Shown in pieces: positions 1 to 13,052 of a stretch of 64,000 bases of DNA. Made by a program: the position numbers and the translations under genes. The notes beneath the pieces were generated by a model. It did no database searches, had not been told where the DNA came from, and saw nothing but the letters and a program-made list of their open reading frames with translations. Position 1 is the stretch's first letter. The number at the start of each line of letters is the position of its first letter. The stretch comes from Malacoraja senta. Its lineage: Eukaryota. The stretch is from positions 18,972,001-19,036,000 of the forward strand of contig CM075989.1 in NCBI GenBank assembly GCA_038087875.1, in the 5' to 3' direction.

Positions 1-97
1 CATATTGTGCCTGAAGTTTGTCTGGAAACTGCAGTTGAGGATGTGTTTAAATGTTTAAGATGGAAATGTTATGGAGTTGCAGAAAACTACTTTAGAT

Positions 98-330
98 GGC
101 ACGGTGGCACAGTGGTAGAGTTGCTGCCTTACAACGCCAGAGACCCGGGTTCGATCCTGACTATGAGTGCAGCCTGTACGGAGTTTGTACCTTCTCCCCA
201 TGACCTGCGTTGGTTTTCTCTGAGATCTTCGGTTTCCTCCCACACTCCAAAAACGTACAGGTTTTTGCTGGACGCGCAGACTCGGTGGGACGAAGGACCT
301 GTTTCTGCCCTGTATCTCTCAACTAAACAA
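98..330 (+). mobile_element. tRNA-derived V-SINE (HE1-like), internally deleted
   Basis: Head ggcacggtggcacagtggtag...gggttcgatcc (A/B boxes), central gggtttcctcccacactccaaa-type domain, CR1-like tail gaaggacctgtttc...ctaaac. Confidence 0.85.
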
Positions 331-334
331 AACT

Positions 335-631
335 TTACAGATACAGCATGGAAACAGGCCCTTCGGCCCAGTGAGTCCACGCCGACTAGTGATCACCCCG
401 TACACTAGCACTATCCTACACACTAGAGACAATTTACAAGTTTACCGGCCAATTAACCTACAAACCTGTGCGTCTTTGGAGTGTGGGAGCAAATTGGAGC
501 ACACGGAGAAAACCCACACGGTCACAGGGAGAACGTACAAACTCCGTACAGACGGCGTCAACAGTCTGGATCGAACCCGGGTCTCTGGTGCTGAAAGGCT
601 CTAACTCTACCACTGCGCCACCGTGCTGCCC
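335..631 (-). mobile_element. V-SINE (HE1-like), tail-to-tail with the previous copy
   Basis: Reverse complement of the same SINE consensus. Confidence 0.85.
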
Positions 632-649
632 CAGTGCTGAACCAAGTTC

Positions 650-1300
650 ATAACTCTTTGAAAATGGCAACACAGTTAGATAGAGTGGGAAAATAAGCCA
701 TATGGTGTACTTCAGGGCATTGAGTATGTCAAGAAGTCATGTTACCGCTTTATAGGACTTTGGTTAGGCTGCATTTGGAGTATTGCGTCCAGTTCTACTC
801 GCCTCATTACAAGAAGGATGTGGAGGCTTTGGAAAGGGTGCAAATACGGTTTAGCGGAATGATGCCTGGGGTATTAGACAATGGGAGAGGTGGGACAGAC
901 TTGGATATTTTCTCTGGAATGCCAGAGGTTGCAGGGAAATCTGCTTATAAGTATATAAAATCGTGAGAGGCATCAATAGGCAACTTTTTAGAGAACAGTC
1001 AAAACCTTTTTCTCAGGATGGAAATATAAACTCCTAGAGGGCGTTGCTTTAAGGTGGAAGGGCAAAGTTTAAAGGAGACGTGCGGGACAAATATTTTACA
1101 CAGAGGATGGTAAATGCCTGAAACGCACTGCCTGGGGTGGTAGTTAAGGCAGATACTATAGTGGCATTTGAGAGACTTTTGGCTAGGCAGATAATATGGA
1201 GGGATATGGATTATGTGCAGGCAGATATGAGTTCTTGGCATCATGTTCGCCACAAACATTGTGGGCTGAAGTGCCTTTTCTTGTCCCAGAGTGTTCTATG
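650..1300 (+). mobile_element. CR1-type LINE 3' fragment, degenerate
   Basis: ORF 739-966 [32 protein letters not shown] matches the CR1 RT C-terminal motif. Confidence 0.85.
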
Positions 1301-2434
1301 ATCCAGAAGAGAACTTTGTCAAATCAGATTACAAACAATCTTCCTTCTACATACTCATAACTTCATACATCATAAATTAATTAAAATAAGTTGATTCGAA
1401 CTTATAAAATTTCCAGAGTAACTTTTTTCTAGGAATAGGGTACTCTGAAACATATGAAAATTAAAATGACAGCAGATGCTGGTAATTTGAATTAAAACAG
1501 GAAAAACTCGTCAGATCAAGTACGTTCTCTTTGTGACCTCTTGGGTTTTGAGTTCAGTTTATTGTCACGTGTACTGAGGTACAGTGAAAAGCTTTGTTGC
1601 ATGCTGCCCAGTCAGCGGAAAGACTATACATGGTTATAATGAGGCCATCCGTAGTGAACAGATGCAGGATAAAGGGAATAACGTTTAGTGAAATGCTACT
1701 GTTGGAGGAGAGGTTTAAAAGAGTGGAGCGATTATGATGAGTGATTGCAGATCCACTTCTGGGACCAGCACGCCTAGCTCTGATGCCATCTTGGATGCTG
1801 GTTTCCTCCAGGTGCTCCAGTTCCCTCCACAACACAAAGCAATGTGGGTTTGTAGGTTAATTGGCCTCTGTAAATTGCCCCTAGTGTGTGGGGAGCGGAT
1901 GCGAAAGTCGGACAACATAGAACTAATATGAAAGGATGATCAAAGGTCAGCATGGACTCATTGGGCTGAAGGGCCTGTTTCCCCCACTGTATCTTTCAAT
2001 CGATAAACAACAAAAATTCAGTTCTTGTCTAATGGCTGGGTAATTTGATATTGTTCATTTTACATCCAATGTCAGAATGCCTCCACTTTAGCGTGCATCA
2101 TCATTCTAAAAATAGCCAACCTTGCCTTCAGTTGTTATTCTTGATCATTCAATCGATTGCATCAAAATGCATGCATTGTCTGAGCTTCATGAAGAGCCAG
2201 CATCAATTTACAAAAGATTTGCCAATTCTCTGGCATCCTTGCTCCCTCCTGTCTCCTAAGAGCTTCACTTAAAGTGAAATTACTTGTACAGAACAAAAAT
2301 GATTGCTTTAATTTTAACTAATGAGGCATCAAGTGTACAAACACATTGTTACACATTTCAATACTAAATACTATATTTCAGATGCGATTATACTGAAGAG
2401 ATGCAGAATTACCTTGTTGTCATTTTATAATATG

Positions 2435-3082
2435 ACTAGACCAAGTGCAGACCCGTTGGGTCTGCTCCCCCAACGCACCCGTCCCCTACCCGTACCCCCA
2501 ACGGGAGGCGTGGTCTTCCAACTCAACCCGTTGCCGAAGGTAAGATTCAAGCACTGCTCGGCAAAGATCATAGCTCGTGAACCACCCCCAGCACTGGAGT
2601 TGAAATAAAAATCCCAATAGCACCTGCCCAACTGCAATACCAATTGACCCTCCCCCTCCTGTCCTGCCAGGAGCTATGATGGCAACATTGTTGCAAATGT
2701 GCACTTGCTGTGAGATGCCATTGAGCTGAAAAGTTCAGAGTGTTCCTGTCTTGCAACTTTGTATCGAAGTGTGTTGGAAGCTGTGAGGAATGATTTTAAC
2801 AGGAAAAAACATTTTAAATTCAAAGTTTTGTCCGATTTTTGAACATTTTCATTAATAACTCGAGAAATAAAGCAAGACCTTTTCAGATAAGGCGATTTAG
2901 GACTCCAGGGGAAAAATCTCTACCGGAATATGTAAAAATGTTATCGTTAGCGCGTCGTTTTTTCGAGAAGATGTGATTGTACACAAACAAACACACACAC
3001 GAACAAACACACACATGAACAAACACACACACATGAACAAACACATCCACATCCAAGATCAGACTTTTAATAGTTATATGAT
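2435..3082. mobile_element. Non-autonomous Helitron/Helentron-like element
   Basis: Begins actagaccaagtgcagacccgttggg, has an ACAC/ACAA microsatellite near the far end and ends tttaatagttatatgat; no TIR or TSD seen. The layout resembles HINE/DINE-1-type elements. Confidence 0.45.
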
Positions 3083-4404
3083 AATTGTACAACATTTCAT
3101 AATTTGACAGGAAAAATTTCATAGGAACCTGAGAGGCAACATTCTCCATGCAGAGGGAGGTGGGTCTATGGAACGAACTGTCAGAGGAGGCAGTTGAGGT
3201 AGGTAAAATAACATTTAAAAGATACTTGCACATGTACAAGTTAGCCTAACTTTTGCAAATGTTTGGAGGGACAAGGGCTAAACGTAGGCAAATGGGATTA
3301 GCTTTGATGATAACATGGATGGGGTTGGGCGAAGTGCCTGTTTCCGCGCTGTATGTCTCTATGCCTCCAATATTTCACAGAGAAAAAAAATCTTAATACT
3401 TATTATAATAGATACAATTTTCATTTCTTATGTTGCAGAGAATCTGATGACATCACATCATGCAGCAGAAAAATGGCATGGGTGCCAAACAATAGAAGAT
3501 TGTGAAAAATCACGTCACATTTTAAGAGAAGAAAAGTAACTGACACCTAAAGACACAGAAACTGCATATGGTGGAACCTTCAGCAAAATTCAGTGGGTCA
3601 TGCAGCATCTATGGAGGGATTGGACAGACAATGTTTCGGGTCTGGACCCTTCTTTAGACTGATGGAGTGGGGGAGGAGGGGGGAGGTGGAAAAACAAAGC
3701 CTGGCAAGTGACATGTAGATAAAGACTGCTTGCCACTCCATATCACTGACATGATGAATATTCGTCATGTTGGCGAACATCAGAAGGATTATTGATAATT
3801 ATTGCGCTGGGTGTATAAATGCTGGTGATATTGGGAAAGGCAGATTATCTTAAGTCAACTTAAAACAAACGGAAGATCATTCAGTTTGAGAATCTTTCAA
3901 AGGTAAAACTGAGTAATTCAAAATGTTTGATAGCTATTGTTTAGATAGGAATTAAATAAAAATGTCAACCAAAAACCAATATGGTTTCATCTGTTTGCTG
4001 AGTTCCAACAAAATCCATCGTGGATTAAGCAAATCTCCAATTCATTTTCGCACTGTTACACAAATATATTTTCTTGCAGCTTTGTACAATAAAGTCAAGA
4101 CACTCCCTGGCCCTGTATTTGGACAGTCAACTGGAACTCACTGTTAGAATAGTTTCAAGAGTGACTCGGGGGACTGGAACGGGGGTTGTGAATATTTCAG
4201 CTGAATTTGACAGAGAAAGGGGAAGGTCAATTTAAAAGGGAACTTATCACACCAAACATCCCCCAAGGACTTTAGTTTGATTGAATTATACTTGAAGTGT
4301 GTCTCTTATTCCAGAAAGCAAACTGAATATCGCAGGTTCTCATCAACAAAATGAGATGAATAATCAGTAACTGTGCTTTTAATAAATGATTGATTCAAAG
4401 ACAC

Positions 4405-4940
4405 AGCATCAAAGCAGCGCCAGAGACCCGGGTTCGATCCTGAATACAGGCGCTGTCTGTACGGAGTTTGTATGTTCTCCCCGTGACCGTGTGGGTTTCT
4501 CCCCGGGTGCTGTGGCTTCCTTGCACATTCTAAAGATGTACATGTTTGTAAGTTAATTTGGCTTCAGTAAATATTGTCCCTAGTGTGTAGGATGGTGCTA
4601 GTTTGTGGAGATTGCTGGTAGGCACGAACTCGCGTGGGCCTCAAAGCCTGTTTCTGAGCTGTTTCTCAAACTCAAACTAAACTAAATCACCCATTAACAC
4701 TAGTTATATGTTATCCCACTTTCATACATTCACTACACACCAGGGACAATTTACAGAGGCCAATTAACCTACAAACCTGCACGACTTTGAGATATGGAGG
4801 GAAACCGGAGCCGTTGGAGGAAACCCACATGTTCACAGGGGGAGCATATAAACTCCAGAAAGACAGCACCCGAGGTCAGGATCGAAACCCGTGTCTCTGG
4901 CGCTGTGTGGCAGCAGCTCTACCAACTGCGCCACTGTATC
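4405..4940. mobile_element. Tail-to-tail pair of V-SINEs (about 4405-4686 plus, 4690-4940 minus)
   Basis: SINE consensus on both strands. Confidence 0.8.
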
Positions 4941-7509
4941 GCCTAGGGAAGAATTATGCTCTGTGCGTGTGAACCTGAGAACTAATCAAAGTAAAGATGT
5001 CAAAACGGGAAAGAACAGAATCTCAGCCACAACACTACATCACTCCATAATAATATTCTCAGCACTCTGAATCCATTATTAACATATTTGCTGAAGAAAG
5101 CTTACTTTGCCCAATGAAGTGACACTCTTAAGAAGAGTCCTGACCCAAAATGTCCTATCCTTTTTCTCCAGAGATGCTGCCTGACCCACTGAGTTACTCC
5201 AGCACTTTGTGTCCATCTTTGGTATAAACCAGCATCTGCAGTTCTTTATTTCTACACCTGACTTTCTGAGGCCAGCTAATCACCGTTGCTTTGTCCATTG
5301 CCTCTGCCAATAAAAGAGACAAATTAACGTTCTTCAAAATGTTAGAAGTGCTGGAGTGTTAACATTAATCTATGTCTTAGTTTCTCAGTGTCACGTTCTT
5401 GAGGGATTGCCTTGAGCATTTGCTCTAGTGACACTTCAATAATGAAAAATCAATTTGAAGATCTGCTTGAATTTGCTGTTTGCACTTTCTAATAATATAT
5501 TTACCTAGGAACTGTTGATGCTGTTATATTCCAAGCTGAACTATAAAAAAATGCTGGAAATATTGAGGAGATCGTGAGTCAAGAACGTTTAATTGCCATA
5601 TGTACCGTATGCGCCATATGCCATACGTAACATTTCTTACTTGCTGCATCTCAACAGGCCTACAAACACATTAAAACACAGATAAATCTATGATCAATCA
5701 TACAGGAAACTAATAACCAATATACGAGGTAACCATAATAATGCAAAACAGAACTCTGTAGTGCAACTAAAGACACTTGAGTTTGCAGGAGTTTTGTGCG
5801 TTCTCCCCGTGACCACGTGGGTTTTCATCGGGTGCTCCGGTCTCCTCCCACACTCCAAAGACGTACAGGTTCGTCCCTAGTATGTTGGATAGTGCTAGTG
5901 TGTACGGGGATTGCTGGTCGGCGCGGACTCGGTGGTACGAAGGATCTGTTTCCGCGCTATATCTCTAAACACAGTCCATGGAAGGTCATAGTTGCTGAGG
6001 TTAGTGTTGTGCAGTGTTCAAGAGCCTGATGGTTATTGAGAAGAAGCTGTTCTTTAACCTGGTGGTCACGGTTCTCAGGCTCCTATACCTTGTTCCCAAT
6101 GGTAGAAGTGATAAGAAAGCATGGCCAGGGTGGTGTGGGTCTTTGATGGTATTAGCTGCCTTTCTGGATCAGCGCTTTCTGCAGTTCCCTTTGATGATGG
6201 GGGGTACGTGCGATGGCACGAGCAATGTCTACCATCTCTGTAATCCCCTCCGTTCTCTGTAGTGTGTTAGTTCTTCAATTCCTTCATTTTTCCCACAACA
6301 ACTGAATGCCAGTGTAAATAATCTGCGAGTACCATTAATATTCACAGAACAATTACTAATTTTGATAGTTGGCAGACGATGTTTGATGAATGGTCGAAAA
6401 TGAATAAATTTACATGATATTGCAGGCAATTTATCAGACTTACTACCACATGCACAATCACACTAAGAGAGAATGGATCATTATTAATCATCAGTAATAC
6501 ATCTCCTCTTCCATTAGTCATACTTAGGAAAAATGCAGTTTATTTGCAATAAAGTCAGATATTCTTATACTTAACTTTAATTCAAGAGAAGCAAAGTTTG
6601 AAGCAGTATTATCCCACTTTCTGGGATGCAAGCAGAAGCCTCCACGTGGTGCATCCCGGGCAATGCTGATGACAGAAACTGTGCCACAGTGACTGAATGA
6701 AGTAGCCAATTCTGCAACCGTCACTGACCGACCGGAAAGACGTGATATAGATGGCCGGACACGAGGAAGAAGAATCCCACTCTCATGCACTACCTACACA
6801 CTAGAAGCAATATTACAATTAACCTAGAAACCTGTATGTCTTTGGGAAGTTGGAACAAAGCTAATTCCACAGATTCACCACCCTTTGACTAAAGAAATTC
6901 CTCCTCATCTAACTTTTCTTCTGAGGCTCTGGCCTCTGGTCCTAGACTCTCCCACTAGTGGAAACATCCTCTTCGCATCCACTCTATCAAGGACCTTTCA
7001 CTATTCGGTAAATGTCAATGAGGTCCCCCCTCATCCTTTTAAACTCCAGCGAGTACAGGCATATTGCTGTCAAACGCTTATCGTCTGTTAACCCAATCAT
7101 TCTTGGGATCATTCTCGTAAGCCTCCGCTGGACCCTCTCAACGCCAGCACATCATTCCGAGCATCTTCTAAAGCAACCAAGCCAGACTACAAATCCCTCG
7201 TGGAATCTGGTGGTGACAGAGGGCTGGAAGATTTCAGCTGCAGTGGAATGATTGAAGCCAAGGGAGGCAGTACCGAAAAAAGCAATTTGCACTTTGGCTT
7301 CAAAGCAGAGGAGCAAGGTGAAGTCTGACGTAAACCAGGATGCAAATGGCCAGCCCTAACTCAAAGTAGCAGCTAAGGAGCTCACTGCAAACTTTAAAAT
7401 TAATTTAACAACTTGTCTCCAATGCACAGCTAAATATCTCTATTTAAAACTAGGTTGTCTTTATAGTTTGAACAAGTAAGAATTTAAAATTACGACAATC
7501 ATAGAATCT

Positions 7510-7610
7510 GAAGATAGACAAAATGCTGGAGTAACTCAGTCGGTCAGGCAGCATCACTGGGGAAAAGCAATAGGTGACGTTTCAGGTCGGAAACCTTCTT
7601 CAGACTGAGT
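7510..7610 (-). mobile_element. Penelope-like repeat arm with a hammerhead-like core (7603-7576)
   Basis: Minus strand CTGAAGA AGGT ttccg ACCT GAAACGTC followed by acctatt...gatgctgcctgacc...agttactccagcattttgtc. Confidence 0.6.
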
Positions 7611-7614
7611 ATTA

Positions 7615-8040
7615 CATTGGATAGACTTGGATTGTTTCCCATGGAATGCTGGAGATAGCAGGAGGCTGGATGGAAGTATATAAAATTATGAGAGGCATAA
7701 ATAGGGTAGACAATCAGATCCTGCTCCCCCAGGATGGAAAAATCAAATACTAGAGGACACACGGTAACTTTAAGGTGAGAGGGGCAAAGTTTAAAGGAGA
7801 TGTGCCTAGCAAGTTTGTTTACACAGACGTTGGTGGGTGCCTGGAACCCGCTGCCGGGGTTGATGGTTGAGGCAGATACGATCGTGCCAATGAAAAGACT
7901 TTTGTATATCACATGGATATGCAGGGAATGGAGGGATATGCGTTATATGTAAGCAGATATGAGTTGGTCTTGGTATCATTTCAGCACAGACGTTGTGGGC
8001 CGAAGGGCCTGCTCTTGTGCTGTACTGTTCTATGTTCTAA
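7615..8040 (+). mobile_element. CR1-type LINE 3' end
   Basis: tttaaggtgagaggggcaaagtttaaaggagatgtg...gggccgaagggcctg...tgttctatgttcta tail. Confidence 0.8.
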
Positions 8041-8179
8041 TTGGCTAACAGAGCCAATGGCCAATGGGGCAGAAGCTGAAGATGTTGCAGTGAAGTTTTA
8101 CCCATTCCCCTTGCATCCCCTCAGCCTGGCAGACATTGATAGCGTGAAACAAGGCAACTTCCTTCCTGAGCTGGAGACA

Positions 8180-8660
8180 CAAGAAGCTGCAGAGACTGGA
8201 GTCGTGAACAAAACACAAAGTGCCGGAGGAATTCTGTGGATCAGGCAGTATCTGCGGGGGGAATGGGCAGGTGTCCCTATGGGTCTGGACCCTTACTTAG
8301 ACTGAATGAGTTGGGGGGTAAAGCTGGAAAAGAGAGATGGGGATGGGACAAAGCCTGGCACAAACCTCCTTCCCTTCCCCCTGTCCCCGATCACCCATAT
8401 CCCTCCCTCTGGCTTTACATTTGCTTACCTTAGCCCTTTTGACTCCTTTTCACCTCTACCCTTAGTCACTCACTCCATCCATCTGCCAATCAACCCCCCT
8501 CACCTGTAACCACCTATCATCCCACCTCTCTTTTCCAGCTTTATCCCCCCTAGCCCATCAATCAGAAGAAGGGTCCCAACCTGAAACATCGTTCGTCCGT
8601 TGCCTCCACAGATGCTGCCTGACCTGCTGAGTTTCTCCAGCACTTTATGTTTTGCTCATA
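8180..8660. mobile_element. Penelope-like repeat with two inverted arms
   Basis: Left arm aacacaaagtgccggagg...ggacccttacttagact is inverted relative to right arm agaagaagggtcccaacctgaaac...ctccagcactttatgttttg. Confidence 0.6.
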
Positions 8661-9879
8661 AATGAGTTGTCCGTTACTTTTGTACCGCTTTCTTCAGGGA
8701 ATTAATCGCTTTGCTGGAGATGGAGGTATATTAAATGTTCATGCTTCTTTTGCAAATGGTTCTTTAATAAATGTAGCACGTGTAAATCTCTCCGCTCCAT
8801 CTCCCCTTTCACCTACTCTCGTTTTGCTGCACTTACAATGAGAAGGATTGTTTCTGGGACACAGCAAGTCTCTTTCCTCATCAGCAGAATATTAATACAA
8901 GTTGGAGAGATGTAACTACAGCTCGTGGTGAAATGTGCTGAAATGTCTCTCCATATTAATTATGCTGGGGAAAAATCACTTTGATCTAATGGAAGTTTTA
9001 TAAATCCACGTGAGGGGTAGCATTGCAATTGTATCCTGGTAGCTTTGCTTATCTATATCAAAGAGTGCAATTAATATCACTGCACTTCCTAAACATTTAA
9101 GAACTTTGTACAATCGGTTTCTTGGTTTTATTTCCTGAGGATAGCTTTTAAGACCATAGACCATAAGACATTAGACCATTGGGCAACGCAGTGATGCAGT
9201 GGTAGAATTGCAGCCTTACTGTGTCATAGACCCGGGTTCGATTCTGACTATGGGTGCTGTCTGTACGGAGTTTGTACGTTCTCCCTGCGTTTTCTCTGGG
9301 AGCTCCAGTTTCGAATAGTGAAAGGGGCTGAATAGAGTGAATGGGGAGAGGAAGCTTCCACTAGTGAGAGAGTCTAGGCTCAGAATAAAAAGGACATACC
9401 TTTAGGAAGGAGATGAGATGGAATTTCTTCAGTCAGAGGGTGGTGAATCTGTGGAATTCATTGCCACAGTCGGCTGTGGAGGCCAAGTCAATGGATGCTT
9501 GATTGGTAAAGGTGTCAAGGGTTATGGGGAGAAGGCAGGAGAATGGGTTTGAGAGGGAAGGATAGATCAGCCATGATTGAATAGCAGATGAGACTTGATG
9601 GGCCAAATGGCCTAATTATGCTGCTAGAACCTTTTAACAATATTTTAAAAATGGAAATAATTTCATGTCCAACCAACATTCCATTTTTGAACTCTTGTTT
9701 CTTGACTGTAATAGAAATTCCCCAACGTCTCAACAATTTCTTGCCACAACGCTTGCCTCAGTGATCTCCCCCTCACGGCTTCAGATCCAGTAATTCACGT
9801 GATATCAGGGTGGTTCTACCTTCAGTGAGGTGGAGCATTTTACCTTGGGTTTGAGAAGTGGAGACTCAATATGCCTGCT

Positions 9880-10145
9880 TTGTTTAGTTTGGGGACACAG
9901 CGCTGAAAACGGCCCTTCGGCCCACTGAGTCCGCGCCGACCAGCGATCCCTGCACACTAACGCTATCCTACACACACCAGGGACAATTTACACATTTTTC
10001 CGAAGCCAATTCGCCTACAAACCTGTACATTTTTGGAGTGTGGGAGGGAACCGGAGCACCCGGAGAAAACCCACGCACAGCACCCGTAGTCAGGATCGAA
10101 CCTGGGTCTCTGGGGCTGTAGGGCAACAACTCCGCGCCGCCCGTG
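9880..10145 (-). mobile_element. V-SINE (HE1-like)
   Basis: SINE consensus on the minus strand. Confidence 0.85.
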
Positions 10146-10235
10146 TTGAGCAAACAAATAAACTAATTTGAGCTCAGCAGTAAATGTTTACCGAATATTG
10201 AAGTATTTAAGCGAAGCCATAAAATTGGAGGTTTC

Positions 10236-10271
10236 GTTGTCGTGGCAACACAACCCACTCTGCTGAGTCAT
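10236..10271. promoter_or_regulatory. RFX X-box-like site next to an NF-E2/Maf-AP1 site
   Basis: GTTGTCGTGGCAAC (10236-10249) and TGCTGAGTCAT (10261-10271) in non-repeat DNA. Confidence 0.35.
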
Positions 10272-10587
10272 CGGCTATTCCTGTCCACAGTGGAGATATC
10301 TGGTTCTCTAATGACATCTTGGCAACCACGCACACTGATTAATGTGCTGGCTTCACATTGCATTATTTAGAAATGTAACGTATTCCTGGTGTACTGAGAT
10401 CGCAGGAGTTCTGGCCCCATCAGAACTCTAGCAGGGAAACAGCTTTACTTCTCCTTGCTCTGCGATCCCAAAGGATATTCAGTATTGTATGATTTTTCTT
10501 CTCTCCCAATTTAATGGGGTGTTTTAAATACAAGGGAAGAGGTCGCACTTCCCTCGTGTTTTCTAGGCACTTTGACCTATAACCAAA

Positions 10588-11340
10588 GGGCGGCATGATG
10601 GCGCAGCGGTAGATTTGTGGCCTTACAGTGCTTACGGACCCGGGTTAGATCCTGACTATGGATGCTGTCTGCATGGAGTTTGTATGTTCTCCCCATGACC
10701 GCGTGTGTTTTCTCCGAGATCATGATCACATTGAATGGCGGTGCTGGCTCGAAGGGCCAAATGGCCTACTCCTGCACCTAATGGAGGGATCTACCACAGT
10801 CGCTGCCTCAAAAAGGCTGGCAGCATCATCAAGGACCCACACCATCCTGGCCACACCACCCTACTACCTTCAGGTAGAAGGTACAGGAGCCTAAAGACTG
10901 CAACGACCAGGTTCAGGAATAGCTACTTCCCCACAGCCATCAGGCTATTAAACCTGGCTCGGACATAACACTGAACTTTACTAGCCAATACTGTTATTTG
11001 CACTTTATCAGTATATTGACCATTGTGTATATATTTATAGAATGCCTTGTAGTAAATGCCTACTATGTTCTGTTGTGCTCAAGCAAAGCAAGAATTTCAT
11101 TGTCCTACCAGGGACACATGACAATAAACTCACTTGACTTGACCTGACTTGACTTGAATGTCTATTGTCTATTGTCTTATCTCCGGTTTCCTCCCACAAT
11201 CCAAAGGCGTACGGGTTTGTTGGTTAATTGGCTTGGTATGAATGTAAATTGTCCCTAGTGTGTGTAGGGTGGTGTTAAGGCGCGGACTTGGTGGGCCGAA
11301 GGGCATGGTTCCGTGCTGTATCTCTAAACTAAACTAAACA
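10588..11340 (+). mobile_element. V-SINE interrupted by a CR1 tail and an L2/Rex-type LINE 3' end (about 10780-11160)
   Basis: SINE head at 10588; insert encodes GSIIKDPHHPGHTTLLPSGRRYRSLKTATTRFRNSYFP and ends in (cttga)n; SINE resumes near 11180. Confidence 0.75.
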
Positions 11341-12396
11341 ATATACCTTCCAACTGGTGCTTTATCCAGGTCTTCATACTTGCAAGGATACAGGTCAGAC
11401 CCGAGAGTAAACAGAACTTCATTCACACGCAAAACATAAAGTGCCGGAGGAACTGTGTAGGTCAAGCAGCATCTGTGGAGGGAATGGACAATGTTTTGGG
11501 TTGGAACCCTGCTTCAGTCTGATTATTCTCCATAATCAGTCCGAAGAAGGGTCCCGACCCGAAATGTCACCTGTCCATTCCTTTCACTGATGTTGCCCGA
11601 GATCTGCCAGCACTTTGTGTTTTGCTTATATTCCAGCATCCTCAGTTCCTTGTGTCTCCGTTTTATTGGTGTGGAATGCATGGTTAATGGTGCAACTTCC
11701 TAATGCGCCATAGAATGCATCCTGTCGAGATCCATCACGGCTTGGTTTGGGAACAGATCTGCCTGTCCCAGACCACAATAAATTGCAGAGTTGTGGATGT
11801 AACCCAGTGCACCACATAGACCAGACTCCCCACCATTGACTCCAACTATCCTTCATGCTGCCTCAGGAAAGCAGCCAGCATAACCACGATTTCTTCACCT
11901 CAGTCATTCCCTCCTCCTTGCACCTGTCGGGCTGCGAATAGAAAAGCTCCAAAGCGTTTGTACCAGCAGATTCAGGAATAGCTTCTTCCCCTCAGTTATC
12001 AGACTACGCAATCGTTCCTCCATAAGCCAGCGTTTAGTTTAGTTGAGTTTATTGTCACGTGTGCCGAGGTACAGTGAAAAGCTTCTGTTGCGTGCTAACC
12101 GGACAGCAGAACGACAAGACATGATTACAATCGAGCCATTCACAGTGCACAGATACATGATTACAGTCAAGAACCAAGAGTTCAAAAATGGAATGTTCAC
12201 AGTGCACAGATACAGGGAATAACATTTCATGCAAGATAAACTCCAGTAAAGTCCAATTAAAGATAGTCTGAGGGTCTCCAGTGTGGAAGATGACCCCTCT
12301 CTAATTGTTGCTAGGATGGTTCACGGACACACAGATAAGATTTGTTCAACCAATTCTTCACACCTACCTCATTGCTGACATTCAACCTTTTCTTTT

Positions 12397-12705
12397 TAGT
12401 TTAGTTCAGTTTAGAGACACAGCGCGGAAACAGGCCCTTCGGCCCATCGGGTCCACGCCGACCAGCGTTGCCCGCACATTAATACCCGCCAGGGACAATT
12501 TTTACATTTACCAAGCCAATTAACCTCCAAACCTGTACGTCTTTGGAGTGTGGGAGGAAACCGAAGATCGCAGTGAAAACTCACGCCAGTCACGGGGAGA
12601 AGGTACAAACTCCGTACAGACAGCACCCGTAGTCGGGATCGAACCCGGGTCTCCGGTGCTGCATTCGCTGTAAGGCAGCAACTCTACCGCTGCGCCACTG
12701 TGACC
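12397..12705 (-). mobile_element. V-SINE (HE1-like), near full length
   Basis: Head, V-domain and tail all present. Confidence 0.9.
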
Positions 12706-13052
12706 GCACTGTAACATTAACACTGCAATACAATATTCTACACTCTGGTATTTTTCTCTTTGCCCTACTTGTGAAAGGCTTGATTGTAAGTGTGTACGGT
12801 ATGATTTGATTTGACCGGATAGCACACAAACAAAAGCTTTTCACTGCACCTCAGTTCATGTGACAATGGTAAACCAAACCAATACTTAAATTAATCTTGA
12901 ATGCTCAGAGTCCCAAACACTACCTGTCACGTTTGGGGCTGGTCGCAGGTGTCTTTGCTGAGCCCCCAACATCCAGGCTTCTCTGCAGTTCCCAAAGGTT
13001 AAAAAAGACACAAAGTGCTGGAGTAACATGTGAGGAACATGTGTACGTAATG

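Noticed and set aside
98-170. tRNA-like A/B boxes here and in many similar copies
   Set aside because: These are SINE heads continuing into the V-domain and LINE-like tail, not tRNA genes
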